From an uncultured Steroidobacteraceae bacterium (GTDB lineage Bacteria > Pseudomonadota > Gammaproteobacteria > Steroidobacterales > Steroidobacteraceae): 64,000 nucleotides of DNA. How positions within the stretch are numbered: the first letter of the stretch is position 1; each line of letters begins with the position of its first letter. Of this stretch, positions 27,956 to 37,953 are shown piece by piece. Both the position numbers and the translations under genes were made by a program. The notes under the pieces were generated by a model. The model saw only the letters and a program-made list of their open reading frames with translations, ran no database searches and was not told where the DNA came from. The stretch covers positions 41,307 through 105,306 of the forward strand of contig CAZDTG010000002.1 in assembly GCA_964508005.1 (NCBI GenBank), given 5' to 3'.

Positions 27956-30283
27956 ATGCGTTCCGAACGTTGTATCCCGTTCCCGGGCTTGCTGCTGAGC
28001 GCCATGCTCGCCGCCGGCCCGTTGGCTGCGCAGACGGTCGCCCCCGCCGGCAATGCCGGCCTCGAGGAAGTCGTGGTCACCGCCGAGAAGCGCTCATCGA
28101 CCATCCAGGACACCCCGATCAGCATCTCGGCCTTGTCGGGTGAGCAGTTGCAGCAGCAGGGGATCTCGGGAATCACCGGCGTCGTCCAGTCGATTCCGGG
28201 CATCTCGATGCGCACGTCCGGGCCGGGACAGACGGAGTTGGAAATGCGCGGGCTGTCGTCATCCGGCGGCTCATCCCCGACCGTGGGGTTCTACCTGGGT
28301 GACTACCCGCTTACCGCGCCGGCCGCGGGCCTCGTGGGTAAGGTCGTGATCGACCCGGATCTGTTCGATCTGAATCGCGTTGAAGTGCTGCGCGGACCCC
28401 AGGGAACGTTGTATGGGTCGGGTTCCATGGGTGGGACCGTGAAGCTGGTCCCCAACGAGCCGCGGTTCAACCAGTTCGAGGGAGAAGTCGAGGCCTTTGG
28501 CTCGGGCACGCGCGGCGGCGGCTTCAATCGGGGCGGCAACCTGATGTTGAACATCCCCATCATCGATGATCGGCTGGCGCTGCGTGTTGTTGGCACCGAT
28601 AAATTCCGGGACGGGTGGATCACGCGCTACGTCGAGCCCAATTTTCCGGTGCCGACCAACCCGGGACCCTGCGGACCGGGCTGGCCGGGGTGTACGCGCG
28701 GCGATGTGACCGCCGTGACCCCGTCGCAGGTCACGCCGCGCATCAACTGGGAACGCCTGCAAGGTGGGCGGGTGGAGCTGTTGGCGAAGCCCGCCGCGGG
28801 CCTGGAGATCGACGCGCTCGCCATTTACCAGAAAATCACGCAGGGCGATTACGACGAATACGACCTACCGCCGGGGAATCCCGCCGCGCGCTATCAGCCT
28901 GCCAACGTCAACGAGCCGATTTCCGACGAATTCAAGCTGTTCGGATTGACCGTCAACGGTGACCTGGGCATCGCCAGGCTGACCTCCGCGAGCGCCTACT
29001 ATTCGCGCGGGGAAAGACAGACTCAGGACACTTCCGAGGCGATCTACAGCCTGCTGCCGCTGTATGGCACGAATGCGACGCAGTTCTATCCGAGCCCGTT
29101 TTCGGAAATCGACACGACGCGTCAATTCAGCGAAGAGCTGCGGCTGGCTTCGGCCGAGGATGGCACGCTGCAATGGATAGCCGGAGCGTTCTTCAGCCAC
29201 TTCGAATCCATCTTCGCGGAAGACAACCGCTCGGTGGCGGTAATCGCCGCCATTCCGGGGCAACTCGCCGCCAACCCGGAGGGCATCCTTTACCAGGCCC
29301 ACAACCCGTACCATATAACCCAATATGCGATTTTCGGCGAGGCGACCTACAGGTTCGCGGCAGCCTGGAAGGTGACCGCCGGCGCCCGGTGGTACAAGTT
29401 CGACAGCCGCGCCGACGAAGAGACCTCGGGCTACCTGGCTCCCTCCGGCAGTGCCGCGCCATTTCTGAGCTCCTTCACGCAAGCGAACAGCGGCGTGAAT
29501 CCCAAGCTCACGCTCTCTTATGAGCAAAACCATGACCTGACGGTCTACTCGACCATTGCGCGGGGATTCCGCCCCGGCGGCATCAACCAGCAGATTCCGA
29601 ATCCGCCGTGTACGCTGACGACCGAGACCTATGGTCCGGACAGCATCTGGAACTATGAGATCGGTGAAAAGGCGAGGATGTTTGACAACCGCCTCATCGT
29701 CAATGCGGATGTATATTACATAAGGTGGTCGCAGGTGCAGCAGTCCGTCAACCAGACCTGCGGCTATCCACTCACCGAAAACGCCGGTACTGCCGGCTCC
29801 TACGGTCCGGAGATCGAGATCACCGCGCTGGTGACGCCGGAGCTGACCCTGACATTCAGTGGAACCTATACGCATGCCACGCTGACCTCCGTGAATCCGG
29901 CCTTGCAGGCACAGGACCCCGCCTTGACACCCGGACTTGGCCTGCTGAATGTCCCGAAGTACACGGAAACGACCTCGCTCACGTACACCAAGCCGATCAA
30001 CGGCGACCTCAAGTTCAGCGCCCGCCTGAACAACTCCTATGTTGGCCAGTCGACCGATATCGACTTCACGTACGGCACGCTGCCTTCCTACGATCTCGTC
30101 GGCCTGCGCTTCGGACTGATCGGTGAGAAGCTGTCGGGCTTCCTCTTCGCGGATAATCTCACCGACAAGCGCGCGCAGCTCGGGATCAACACGACCGCCT
30201 TTTCCTACACCATTCCATCACTCATCCGCGTGGCAACCAACCAGCCGAGAACGATCGGGCTCGATTTGACTTACAAGTTCTGA
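27956..30283 (+). CDS. TonB-dependent outer-membrane receptor
   Basis: Signal peptide, then a TonB-box/plug region (LEEVVVTAEKRSSTIQDTPISISALSGEQL, VEVLRGPQGTLYGSGSMGG). The C-terminus is a beta-barrel ending ...TIGLDLTYKF. Confidence 0.9.
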   Translation: MRSERCIPFPGLLLSAMLAAGPLAAQTVAPAGNAGLEEVVVTAEKRSSTIQDTPISISALSGEQLQQQGISGITGVVQSIPGISMRTSGPGQTELEMRGLSSSGGSSPTVGFYLGDYPLTAPAAGLVGKVVIDPDLFDLNRVEVLRGPQGTLYGSGSMGGTVKLVPNEPRFNQFEGEVEAFGSGTRGGGFNRGGNLMLNIPIIDDRLALRVVGTDKFRDGWITRYVEPNFPVPTNPGPCGPGWPGCTRGDVTAVTPSQVTPRINWERLQGGRVELLAKPAAGLEIDALAIYQKITQGDYDEYDLPPGNPAARYQPANVNEPISDEFKLFGLTVNGDLGIARLTSASAYYSRGERQTQDTSEAIYSLLPLYGTNATQFYPSPFSEIDTTRQFSEELRLASAEDGTLQWIAGAFFSHFESIFAEDNRSVAVIAAIPGQLAANPEGILYQAHNPYHITQYAIFGEATYRFAAAWKVTAGARWYKFDSRADEETSGYLAPSGSAAPFLSSFTQANSGVNPKLTLSYEQNHDLTVYSTIARGFRPGGINQQIPNPPCTLTTETYGPDSIWNYEIGEKARMFDNRLIVNADVYYIRWSQVQQSVNQTCGYPLTENAGTAGSYGPEIEITALVTPELTLTFSGTYTHATLTSVNPALQAQDPALTPGLGLLNVPKYTETTSLTYTKPINGDLKFSARLNNSYVGQSTDIDFTYGTLPSYDLVGLRFGLIGEKLSGFLFADNLTDKRAQLGINTTAFSYTIPSLIRVATNQPRTIGLDLTYKF

Positions 30284-30481
30284 TGGCCGGGGGACGTCGC
30301 GGGAGAGGCGATTCGCGCATCCGGTCCGGGGCAGGATCTCGCGCCGCGGCCTCGAAGGCGGGGGCGGCTGCCAAGCACGTTCCCGGTGCAGGTGCCGCTC
30401 GGCCCGACCGGAAAGATCGACAAGAAGGTTCTGAGGTGGCGGCTCGCCTCGGGGGAGCTGAGACGGCCGCCGGCGCCCTGA
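30284..30481 (+). pseudogene. C-terminal remnant of an AMP-dependent synthetase/ligase
   Basis: Frame-2 translation gives ...RGRLPSTFPVQVPLGPTGKIDKKVLRWRLASG*. This matches the conserved ...P..v.fv..lP.T.tGKi.k..L tail of acyl-CoA synthetases. There is no start codon and no upstream body. Confidence 0.45.
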
Positions 30482-30569
30482 GACGTCCTTCCGCGGCGGG
30501 AAACCCTCCGTTGACGAACCGGCCAGCTCAGATAAAGTCCTGTCGTAGCGCGGACAGCACGGGACCACC

Positions 30570-31022
30570 ATGAACATGTCGCAAGAGGGTACTTACGCGA
30601 GCGGGCTCGAGCAGCTGCGTGCATGGCTCGCGGCCGGACGCCGGCCGCCGATCGCAGAGACGTTGAAAATCGATCTGGTCGAGGTCTCGGAGGGCCGCGC
30701 CGTATTCGCAGGCACGCCCGGGATGCACGCCTACAATCCGCTGGGAGTCGTGCATGGCGGCTATGCCGCCACGCTTCTCGACTCCGCCTGCGGCTGTGCG
30801 GTTCACTCGAGCCTCAGCGCTGAGCAGGCGTACACGACATTGGAGCTCAAGGTGGCTTACCACCGTGCCCTGAGGTCGACGACCGGCCTCGTACGCGCCG
30901 AGGGAAAGGTCGTGTCGGTCGGCAAGCGTGTAGCGTTTGCCGAGGGGCGGCTCACGGATGCCTCCGGGCAACTGTATGCGTCGGCTACCTCGACGTTGCT
31001 GGTGTTCGAGCGACAGATCTGA
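30570..31022 (+). CDS. PaaI-family hotdog thioesterase
   Basis: NPLGVVHGGYAATLLDSACGCAVHS is typical of PaaI/YdiI thioesterases. 150 aa. Confidence 0.85.
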   Translation: MNMSQEGTYASGLEQLRAWLAAGRRPPIAETLKIDLVEVSEGRAVFAGTPGMHAYNPLGVVHGGYAATLLDSACGCAVHSSLSAEQAYTTLELKVAYHRALRSTTGLVRAEGKVVSVGKRVAFAEGRLTDASGQLYASATSTLLVFERQI

Positions 31023-31155
31023 ACGGGAGTGCCTCCCGCGCGGCGCGGGCCCGCCGTGTCACACGGGCGTCATGTCAGTTTGGCAAGTTCCGGGCAGCCG
31101 CAATTCCCGCCCGCCAAGACACTGCGCTGGCTCCCTTGGGAGTGATGGATTTCCC

Positions 31156-31806
31156 GTGAACGACACATTGCACCGCAACGTCATCTTCGATTTCGGCGGC
31201 GTCCTGGTTCGATGGCGGCCGCAGGAAATCATCGACGGGTTTTGCAGCGATGATGCCCTGCGCGATGCGCTGAAGCGATCCGTCTTCCAGCACCCGGACT
31301 GGCTCGAAATGGACCGAGGCGTGCTCAGCGAGGAGAGCGCAGCACTGCGATTCGCAGCGCGCCTGCAGCGGCCGCCTGCCGAGATGCGAGCGCTCCTCCG
31401 GCACGTCAAGGAATCCCTCACGCCCCTAGAGGAGTCCTTCGCTGTCCTGCAAGAGCTGTCCAGCCGCAATGTGCCGCTCTATGGGCTGTCCAACATGCCG
31501 GCATCCACGTTTGCCTATCTTCGCCAACGCTACCCTCATTGGCGTGTTTTTCGAGGCATCGTGATTTCCGGAGAAGTCCGGTTGCTCAAGCCGGAGCGGG
31601 CGATCTTCGATCATATCTGCACGATGTATCGCTTCAAGCCGGAGGAAACGGCATTCATCGACGATCACCTGCCCAACGTCGAAGCCGCCAGACAGCTCGG
31701 CTTTCACGCGATCCTGTTTGCCAACCCACAGCAATGCGCGGCCGAGTTGGACGAATTCCTCCGGGGCAGCGATGCCGCGGCACCTGTGAGCGCGCCTCGC
31801 GTATGA
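31156..31806 (+). CDS. HAD-superfamily hydrolase
   Basis: GTG 31156 gives VNDTLHRNVIFDFGGVLV (motif I DxG variant), followed by LSN and FIDDHLPNVEAA. The track ORF start at 30937 overlaps the thioesterase gene and is rejected. Confidence 0.7.
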   Translation: MNDTLHRNVIFDFGGVLVRWRPQEIIDGFCSDDALRDALKRSVFQHPDWLEMDRGVLSEESAALRFAARLQRPPAEMRALLRHVKESLTPLEESFAVLQELSSRNVPLYGLSNMPASTFAYLRQRYPHWRVFRGIVISGEVRLLKPERAIFDHICTMYRFKPEETAFIDDHLPNVEAARQLGFHAILFANPQQCAAELDEFLRGSDAAAPVSAPRV

Positions 31807-31845
31807 CCGCGAGACAGCGCGCCGTTTCAGCTGTCACAGCCCCCG

Positions 31846-34800
31846 CTAGTTCTCGCCGGAGGACTTCCAGAAGACCTCCCGCCGGGCGGGTGTGAAGGGC
31901 AGCGAAACTTGCGGGGTGCCGAGAGGGGAGCCGGTCACAGTGGCCTGATTCGATGAACTGCTGCTGTTGGTGCCCTCGGTTCGATCGATCGCACCGATCA
32001 CGACCGTTTCCATTTGCGTCGTGCCGACGTTGCCGTTGTTCACGACAGTCACTGGCAGCGTGGCAAGCACCGGGGAGGGCGGCAGGCCGCCGCCGATGAA
32101 GATACCCGAACGCGCTCCCCCGCAGGAGCCCGTGACGCCGATGGCGCCGGAGGCATTGAACAGGTTCACCACATATCCACGCGCCTCGCCCAAAGTCGTG
32201 GCGCACGTGCCCTGAGTGGCCGGAATCGGGCGATTGGTACTGAAATAGATGAGACCGCCGGCAACTGTTGCGGAAGTGACGGTCTGCTCGCCCTGGCCGT
32301 ACTGGTTCAGGGCCATGGACCAGCCTCTCATGGAGGATGTCGGCAGAACCTGCGTCGCACCGCAGGTCGTCGCGGTCGTGTAGTCGTACAGGAGCGCAGG
32401 ATCGTCGAGGTTCGTGGCGGTCGTCGAGGCCAGATTGTCCTTGTAGACATAGAAGCGATTCGGATTCACGAGACTGTTACTGTAGGGATATTGGCTCTGC
32501 AGCGGGTGCTCGCGGTCGCCCGAGCCGAGAACGACGTAAACCTGTCCTCCCGGAGCGGGCACGAGCGCAGGCGAAAACAGGAATTTCCTGCCGGCGCCGC
32601 TCGTATAAGCCACCTGGTGGATGGTCCACTGCGCGACCGAGGCGCCGAAGTCGATCCGGTAAATGCTGCCCCCGGTATCGACAGCGTAGGCATGGTCGAT
32701 GACGCTCGGGTTGGCGACCGCGGCCAGCGCAATGTCAGCCGCTATAGCGCGCATCGACGAGGTGCTGAAGGATTGGATCAGCGCTCCCGTGTTGGCGTCG
32801 AGCACGTAAATGGCCGCGCCCATCTCGCCGGAACAGCTCGGGCTGGCGGAGTTGGCATCCTCGCAGGGATCGTAGCCGCCGCCGACCACCACGACCGGCC
32901 CCGAATAGCCCTGGATATTCGCCGCAGCGAGGGGCGCGGACCAGGTCTGCCCGATACCGGACATTCCCGAGCTGCAGCCCGATGTGCCGGACTGCGACGT
33001 GCAGCCTGCCTTCCACTTGAAGACCGGCGCGTCCGGACTGGTGACATCCAGGGCGTAGAGCTCACGTCCCCCGCGCCGCATGCTCGCATAGATCCAGACG
33101 TTCGTGTTATTCAGACTCTGATACAAGCCGAGCGAGCCGTCAAAGTAGAAATCTTTCGGCACCGGCGCCGGCGTGATGGTCCCGACGGGGAGGCTCGGAT
33201 AGTTGATCAAGGGACTGTTGTACATCAGGCGTGCGAGCCCGGTCGGCGTGGCGGGCGGCATGGCCGGAGCCGGTGTGTAGAACTCGGGAGCAATGAACGC
33301 CCAGCGCTCCCTGCCCGTAGTCGCATCTACCGCGCGCAACGTGCCGTCGTTGGAGCCGTAATAGACTGTCACGCCCGTCGAGGAGCCATAATCGACCGGG
33401 AGGGGCCGCGAGTGGATCTCGTCACCATGCAGAGACGGCCGGGGTTCGGTCGTATTGCTGTTGCTGTTTTCGTCGAGGACATCCTGCCCGAGCACCCAGT
33501 TGACGAGCGAGGACGCAAGGCCCGTCGAGGCGGCAGTGAAGGGGATCAGGGTGCTGCCGCTCAGGCCGGACAGCGTGTAGACGTTGCGGTTGACGGCCCA
33601 GGTCGGAGTCGTATTGGTGGAAGGCGGGTTGTTGCCCTTGCGGATGACTTCGGCAACACCGCCTTTCTCCACGAACGGACCGTCAGGCGCATCTGACCAT
33701 GGACTGTACGAGGTTGACGTGCAGGTCCCCTTCGGAGCCGGACTTTCAGGCACGATGCTCCAGTAGGTGCCCGAGTCGGACGTCCAGAAACTCAGCGCGC
33801 AGGGGGTCAGAAAGCCCGTGAGCGGATTCACGGCGGCAATCGGCGGGTTCGAGGCATCCCCGAGCTGCGTCTGGCCGTTCAAATTAACCACCTGATAACG
33901 CTTCAGGTTGCCCATCCAGCGCGGAGACGCATTGGGGTCCGGACGGAATACCGGGATGAACACCTGATTCTGGTTCAGGGCCCGGTTGGTGGTGTTCACC
34001 GGCAGGCTTGCCGAGGCAAACGTACTGTTGACCGCCTGGATCTCCGCCAGGATCTGTGCCAGGTCCGTTGCGATATCGGACTGGCTGCCGACGTGGTAGT
34101 ACTTGCCGCCACCCACCTTTGCGGCGTTGATCAGCGAGTTGGAATAACTGACATTCTGCTGGGCGTTATAGGCGTCCAGAACATAGGTAACCACCGAGCC
34201 GTTGCTGTTGCCCGACGGGACGACCACGCCGTTCATGTAGAGCAATTTGGTCCACTCGTCGGTCCACGTGTCCCAGCCGGACGTCGCCGCCAACGCCGGA
34301 TCGGCGTCGGCTACCCACTTCTCGTAGTACGGTTGGCCGAGAGCACCGCCGCTGGGAACATTGTTCTGGCCGCCCTGAGAGTTGTTCGCGATATAGATGA
34401 TGTAAGTGCGTGCGCAGGGTTTCGACGAGCTGATCGGAGTCTGATACAGGCCATTGACGAGCGCGTACCCTGAGGTCAAACCCTGACCCGCGGCGGAGTT
34501 CGGATCGGTATTGCCCGCAACGTCCACCTTGCCGTTCTGTTTCGCGTAGGAGCTTCCGAAAGGGCCTGTGTAGGGGGCCAGGCCGGACAGATACTTGTAG
34601 ATTTCGTAAAACGCGGCATCCTCTTCCTTGCTTCCCGTGCCGGACAGTTTCTCGGTCGGGTCGGTGGGATTGTTCTGGATGTACGTGAGGATGTTCTGTA
34701 ACGCCGTGCGATTCGCCGCAATTGTCATGTCGCGGACGCCGAAACGGATGTAGCCGCCACCTTTGTCGGGTGTGGCGCCGCCGGCAGTGCTCCCGGCGTA

Positions 34801-35100
34801 AGAGGTGAGCATCGCCAGCCCCACGTTGACGGGCTGTGAGGCCGTGATCAGATTCAGCACATTGCTCAGCGCGGCCGCCTCGGCCGCGCCCTGCACACCG
34901 CCGTTGTCCGGCCACTTCTGCGCGGTCCGGCTCCAGTCGGGGCCGTTGTCCAGGAGAAATATCACATTGGGAACGTCGGCATTGGTCCCCGAAGTCCCGA
35001 CATAGAGGTCGATGTCCTCGGCGCCGGCCTGCGGCGCAGCCGCAGCCAGCCAGGCGACGAAGACCAATGCCAGAAGAGCCGTTCTGCGGAGCGCAATCAT
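31846..35100 (-). CDS. pilY1: PilY1-like type IV pilus tip/biogenesis protein with N-terminal vWA-like region
   Basis: ATG 35100 gives the signal peptide MIALRRTALLALVFVAWLAAAAPQAGA. The vWA-like N-terminus contains VIFLLDNGPDWS. The C-terminal propeller region has RELYALDVTSPDAPVFKW, VVVGGGYDP, HAYAVDTGGSIYRIDF and LGSGDREHP. It is the last gene of the minor-pilin operon. Confidence 0.85.
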   Translation of the reverse strand: MIALRRTALLALVFVAWLAAAAPQAGAEDIDLYVGTSGTNADVPNVIFLLDNGPDWSRTAQKWPDNGGVQGAAEAAALSNVLNLITASQPVNVGLAMLTSYAGSTAGGATPDKGGGYIRFGVRDMTIAANRTALQNILTYIQNNPTDPTEKLSGTGSKEEDAAFYEIYKYLSGLAPYTGPFGSSYAKQNGKVDVAGNTDPNSAAGQGLTSGYALVNGLYQTPISSSKPCARTYIIYIANNSQGGQNNVPSGGALGQPYYEKWVADADPALAATSGWDTWTDEWTKLLYMNGVVVPSGNSNGSVVTYVLDAYNAQQNVSYSNSLINAAKVGGGKYYHVGSQSDIATDLAQILAEIQAVNSTFASASLPVNTTNRALNQNQVFIPVFRPDPNASPRWMGNLKRYQVVNLNGQTQLGDASNPPIAAVNPLTGFLTPCALSFWTSDSGTYWSIVPESPAPKGTCTSTSYSPWSDAPDGPFVEKGGVAEVIRKGNNPPSTNTTPTWAVNRNVYTLSGLSGSTLIPFTAASTGLASSLVNWVLGQDVLDENSNSNTTEPRPSLHGDEIHSRPLPVDYGSSTGVTVYYGSNDGTLRAVDATTGRERWAFIAPEFYTPAPAMPPATPTGLARLMYNSPLINYPSLPVGTITPAPVPKDFYFDGSLGLYQSLNNTNVWIYASMRRGGRELYALDVTSPDAPVFKWKAGCTSQSGTSGCSSGMSGIGQTWSAPLAAANIQGYSGPVVVVGGGYDPCEDANSASPSCSGEMGAAIYVLDANTGALIQSFSTSSMRAIAADIALAAVANPSVIDHAYAVDTGGSIYRIDFGASVAQWTIHQVAYTSGAGRKFLFSPALVPAPGGQVYVVLGSGDREHPLQSQYPYSNSLVNPNRFYVYKDNLASTTATNLDDPALLYDYTTATTCGATQVLPTSSMRGWSMALNQYGQGEQTVTSATVAGGLIYFSTNRPIPATQGTCATTLGEARGYVVNLFNASGAIGVTGSCGGARSGIFIGGGLPPSPVLATLPVTVVNNGNVGTTQMETVVIGAIDRTEGTNSSSSSNQATVTGSPLGTPQVSLPFTPARREVFWKSSGEN

Positions 35101-35149
35101 GGAAGTCACCCTGAGGAATCCGCGTTTCAGATCATGAGGGCGGTGCGGC

Positions 35150-35704
35150 CTAACAACTGGTGTTGGCAGGTACACGCACGGCCGTGCCTTCGTCGACCAC
35201 ATAGCTTGCGTTGGTGACCGCGTCGACCGCGGTGGCCTGCGTGTCCCAGATCGTGTCGGCGCACAGCGAGTTCGCGGTCGGTGCTCCGACGATACCCGCG
35301 CTCTCGGAGTTGCTGCTCGCGAGGCAGGCCCGGTCGTTCGCGTTGCCCCAGGCGAGTTGAGAGTTCTGGAGCACGTAGTTCGAGACGCAAGTTGGATTGA
35401 CGGTTACGGTAACGTCAACGACGCCGTCGTCGTTGAGGTCGACGCAAGTGGTGTTGGGAACGCCGTTGCACGGATTTGGCACAGCGTACGTCGGTGTCTG
35501 GGTGAACTTCAGGCTGCTGACTACGGTTTCGACCGCACCCTGCGCGGCGGCGAGCGCCTGGTTGCGCTGCTGCATGTTGCCTACTATCTGCAGGTTGCTC
35601 TTGCCGAGCCTGAAAGCCGTGACGGCCAGGACGGTGATGAGCAGCAGCATGATGAGGCTGACGATGAGCGCGGCGCCGCCCTGTCGGGCCCGTGGCGATC
35701 TCAT
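35150..35704 (-). CDS. pilX: PilX-like minor pilin/assembly protein
   Basis: PilX N-terminal motif RQGGAALIVSLIMLLLITVLAVTAFRLGKSNLQIVGNMQ. The start overlaps the pilW stop (ATGA). Confidence 0.8.
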   Translation of the reverse strand: MRSPRARQGGAALIVSLIMLLLITVLAVTAFRLGKSNLQIVGNMQQRNQALAAAQGAVETVVSSLKFTQTPTYAVPNPCNGVPNTTCVDLNDDGVVDVTVTVNPTCVSNYVLQNSQLAWGNANDRACLASSNSESAGIVGAPTANSLCADTIWDTQATAVDAVTNASYVVDEGTAVRVPANTSC

Positions 35705-36777
35705 GGCGAATTTCTCCCGGCGATGTTGTTCAGTCGGACGGCCGACTCGAAGACGTGCCGCTTGTAGCCGTCGTTCTGCGCAGCGATCGTAAGAGGTGTG
35801 CCGGCGTCATTGAGGAGTCCCAGCGTGTAGCTCTTGTTGTCGCTCCAGCCCGGCGTCTTGCTGGTATTGACCGCCAGCAGGTGGATCTTCACTTCCACGA
35901 CGTTCTGCCAATTGGTGACGCACGCCGCGCCGGTGCAGCCGTTGTACGTATTGGGATTGACCGTATACACGGCCGGCGCACCGGTGGTCGGGTTGCCGTC
36001 GATTCCGTATTCGATCTGCAGGTTCTGCACGCCCTCGACCAGCGGCACGATATTGAACCCGAGGCCGGAGCCCAGAAGCCCGAGCTCTGCCCGCTTGAGC
36101 GTCGGAATCCCATCGCCCGGTTTGTCATTGTTGGCGACGAAGTAAATATGGGTGCGGTACTGATGAACGGGAGCGGCCGTCGCGCAGTCGATCTTGTGAT
36201 ATTGGGCGGCGAATCCGCTCGTATTGATGTCCAGGCCGAAGTAGTTGCCGTTTTGATAGTCGGTGGTGCATCCGGCGGCTGCGAAGTAGGGATCACCGGC
36301 CACGGCGGGATCGCAACCGGCATCGGCCGTCGCACAGGTGCTGGCCCGCCGGATGACGAGTATGTCGGTGTTGTTGGCGATATCGCCGCCGAGGCACGCC
36401 GGAGCGCCCGCCGCTCCCGGGCGGTCGTAACCCTGCACCGGTACCGCGATGTTACTGCGCAGGACGGGGAGGCCGACTGCACAGGGGTCTGGAATGGCGG
36501 TTGGAATCCCGGCCGCCGCCATTCCGGGAGTCGGTGTCGCCGCCGTTCCGGGATTGAACTCGGCGTAGTACCCGGCGTTGTGCAGATCGTCCATCAGGAG
36601 CTGCAGCGCGTAGCGACCGTTTTCGATCTGCTGATTGGCGCGGTCGAGCTCGTCGCGCGCCCGGCTGTTGTTTGCGAACAGCGTCGTGAGACCCGCCAGG
36701 ATCAGCAGTCCGATGGTTATCGCCACCATCAGCTCGACGATGGTGTAGCCGCGAGGGCGGGGCGCATTCACTGGCAT
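35701..36777 (-). CDS. pilW: PilW-like minor pilin
   Basis: ATG 36777 gives MPVNAPRPRGYTIVELMVAITIGLLILAGL, a prepilin G/Y..E5 motif, followed by NGRYALQLLMDDLHNAGYY. The first 96 codons of the track ORF are rejected. Confidence 0.85.
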   Translation of the reverse strand: MPVNAPRPRGYTIVELMVAITIGLLILAGLTTLFANNSRARDELDRANQQIENGRYALQLLMDDLHNAGYYAEFNPGTAATPTPGMAAAGIPTAIPDPCAVGLPVLRSNIAVPVQGYDRPGAAGAPACLGGDIANNTDILVIRRASTCATADAGCDPAVAGDPYFAAAGCTTDYQNGNYFGLDINTSGFAAQYHKIDCATAAPVHQYRTHIYFVANNDKPGDGIPTLKRAELGLLGSGLGFNIVPLVEGVQNLQIEYGIDGNPTTGAPAVYTVNPNTYNGCTGAACVTNWQNVVEVKIHLLAVNTSKTPGWSDNKSYTLGLLNDAGTPLTIAAQNDGYKRHVFESAVRLNNIAGRNSP

Positions 36778-37382
36778 GACGTCGTGCCGTCCGGCATCTG
36801 CACGGCGATCACCACCTTGGTGGTAATCAGCCGGCGCGTGTCTTCGGAGGTGTAGAGTCCCTGGCCGCAGGCAAGAGCGGGGGCGTGAGTGTGGTTCATG
36901 CCTTGCCACACCACCGAGACCTGATAGATGCCCGGGGTGCAGGCCCCCACGGCAGGATTGGGGGCCTGCAGCTGGGTGATACAGCCGCGCGCGGCGGCCA
37001 TGCCGCCGACGTTCGCGGCGGACTTCTGTTCGCCAGCGCCTTTGAGCGAGTTGCTCCATTCGCACAGATCACGGGCCGGACCTGCCGCGAGGGTAGTGCA
37101 GTCCGGGGGTTGGCTGTCTCCGGTTCCGATCGTCCCGGCGCTGACGTAGCTGGCCGCTTGCGCGCGGTTGGCGTTGATGCGCTCGGTGAGTTGTTCCAGC
37201 GCCAGAACCGCCTGGGAGCGTTGGTACGAGTCCATCTCGGCCACGCTCATCTTGCCTTGCAACCCGGCCACACCCAGCAGGCCGAAGGCCAGGATGAGGA
37301 GCGTCACCAGGATTTCGATCAACGAGGTGCCGCTCTGGGCTGCGGATCCCGGGTAGGGCGCGTGCCCTCGAGGACGACGCAT
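36768..37382 (-). CDS. pilV: PilV-like minor pilin
   Basis: Contains ...SAAQSGTSLIEILVTLLILAFGLLGVAGLQ and SYQRSQAVLALEQL. The start is ATG 37382 or 37403. It overlaps the pilW start by 10 nt. Confidence 0.85.
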   Translation of the reverse strand: MRRPRGHAPYPGSAAQSGTSLIEILVTLLILAFGLLGVAGLQGKMSVAEMDSYQRSQAVLALEQLTERINANRAQAASYVSAGTIGTGDSQPPDCTTLAAGPARDLCEWSNSLKGAGEQKSAANVGGMAAARGCITQLQAPNPAVGACTPGIYQVSVVWQGMNHTHAPALACGQGLYTSEDTRRLITTKVVIAVQMPDGTTSCQ

Positions 37383-37396
37383 GGCTCGATGAGCTT

Positions 37397-37882
37397 TCAG
37401 CATGTCGAGGCCGCCTGCATGGAGGGACGTCCGTTCAGATCGACCGACACGCACTGATAGCTCGTGGCCGATCCGGAGCTCGCGGTGATGACGAAGGTCG
37501 GTGCGGCCGTTGCCTGGACCCGACCGGACGGGCGGAAAGTGACTGTCGCGGGCGCCCCCGCGCTGACGTTAACGCCGCTCAGCGCGCCGTGGTTATCCAA
37601 TGCGCTCGCGATATTGGTGGGAGCCGTGGGATTTTCGATGTACCAGCCGTTATTCCAACCTCCGCTGTACTGCGACACGGTGATATTCGCGTTGCGCATG
37701 ATCGCTTCGGAGCGTGTCCTCATGAGCTCCAGGAACAACTCCGACGCCGCCGCTTTCGCGCGCTGACTCGCCATGAGATTCGAGAAAGACGGAACGGCCA
37801 CCGTCGCGAGAATGGCCGCGATCGCCACCGTGATGGTGAGCTCCATCATGGTGAACCCGCCGATGCAGCGCCGATACGGCAT
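37397..37882 (-). CDS. fimT: GspH/FimT(FimU)-family minor pilin
   Basis: ATG 37882 gives MPYRRCIGGFTMMELTITVAIAAILATVAVPSFSNLMASQR, with a canonical short leader, G-1, F+1 and E+5. A longer alternative starts at ATG 37945. Confidence 0.8.
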   Translation of the reverse strand: MPYRRCIGGFTMMELTITVAIAAILATVAVPSFSNLMASQRAKAAASELFLELMRTRSEAIMRNANITVSQYSGGWNNGWYIENPTAPTNIASALDNHGALSGVNVSAGAPATVTFRPSGRVQATAAPTFVITASSGSATSYQCVSVDLNGRPSMQAASTC

Positions 37883-37953
37883 GCGCGCGCAGCCCGGGGC
37901 TGCTGCGCCTCGACCGGAATGCTGTTGCTCGCACACGCTGGTCATGACCGTTG

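Noticed and set aside
32014-33696. 560-aa plus-strand ORF inside pilY1, and similarly 35692-36855 (+) inside pilW
   Set aside because: They are antisense to recognisable pilus genes and have an Arg/Gly/Asp-rich composition with no motifs.
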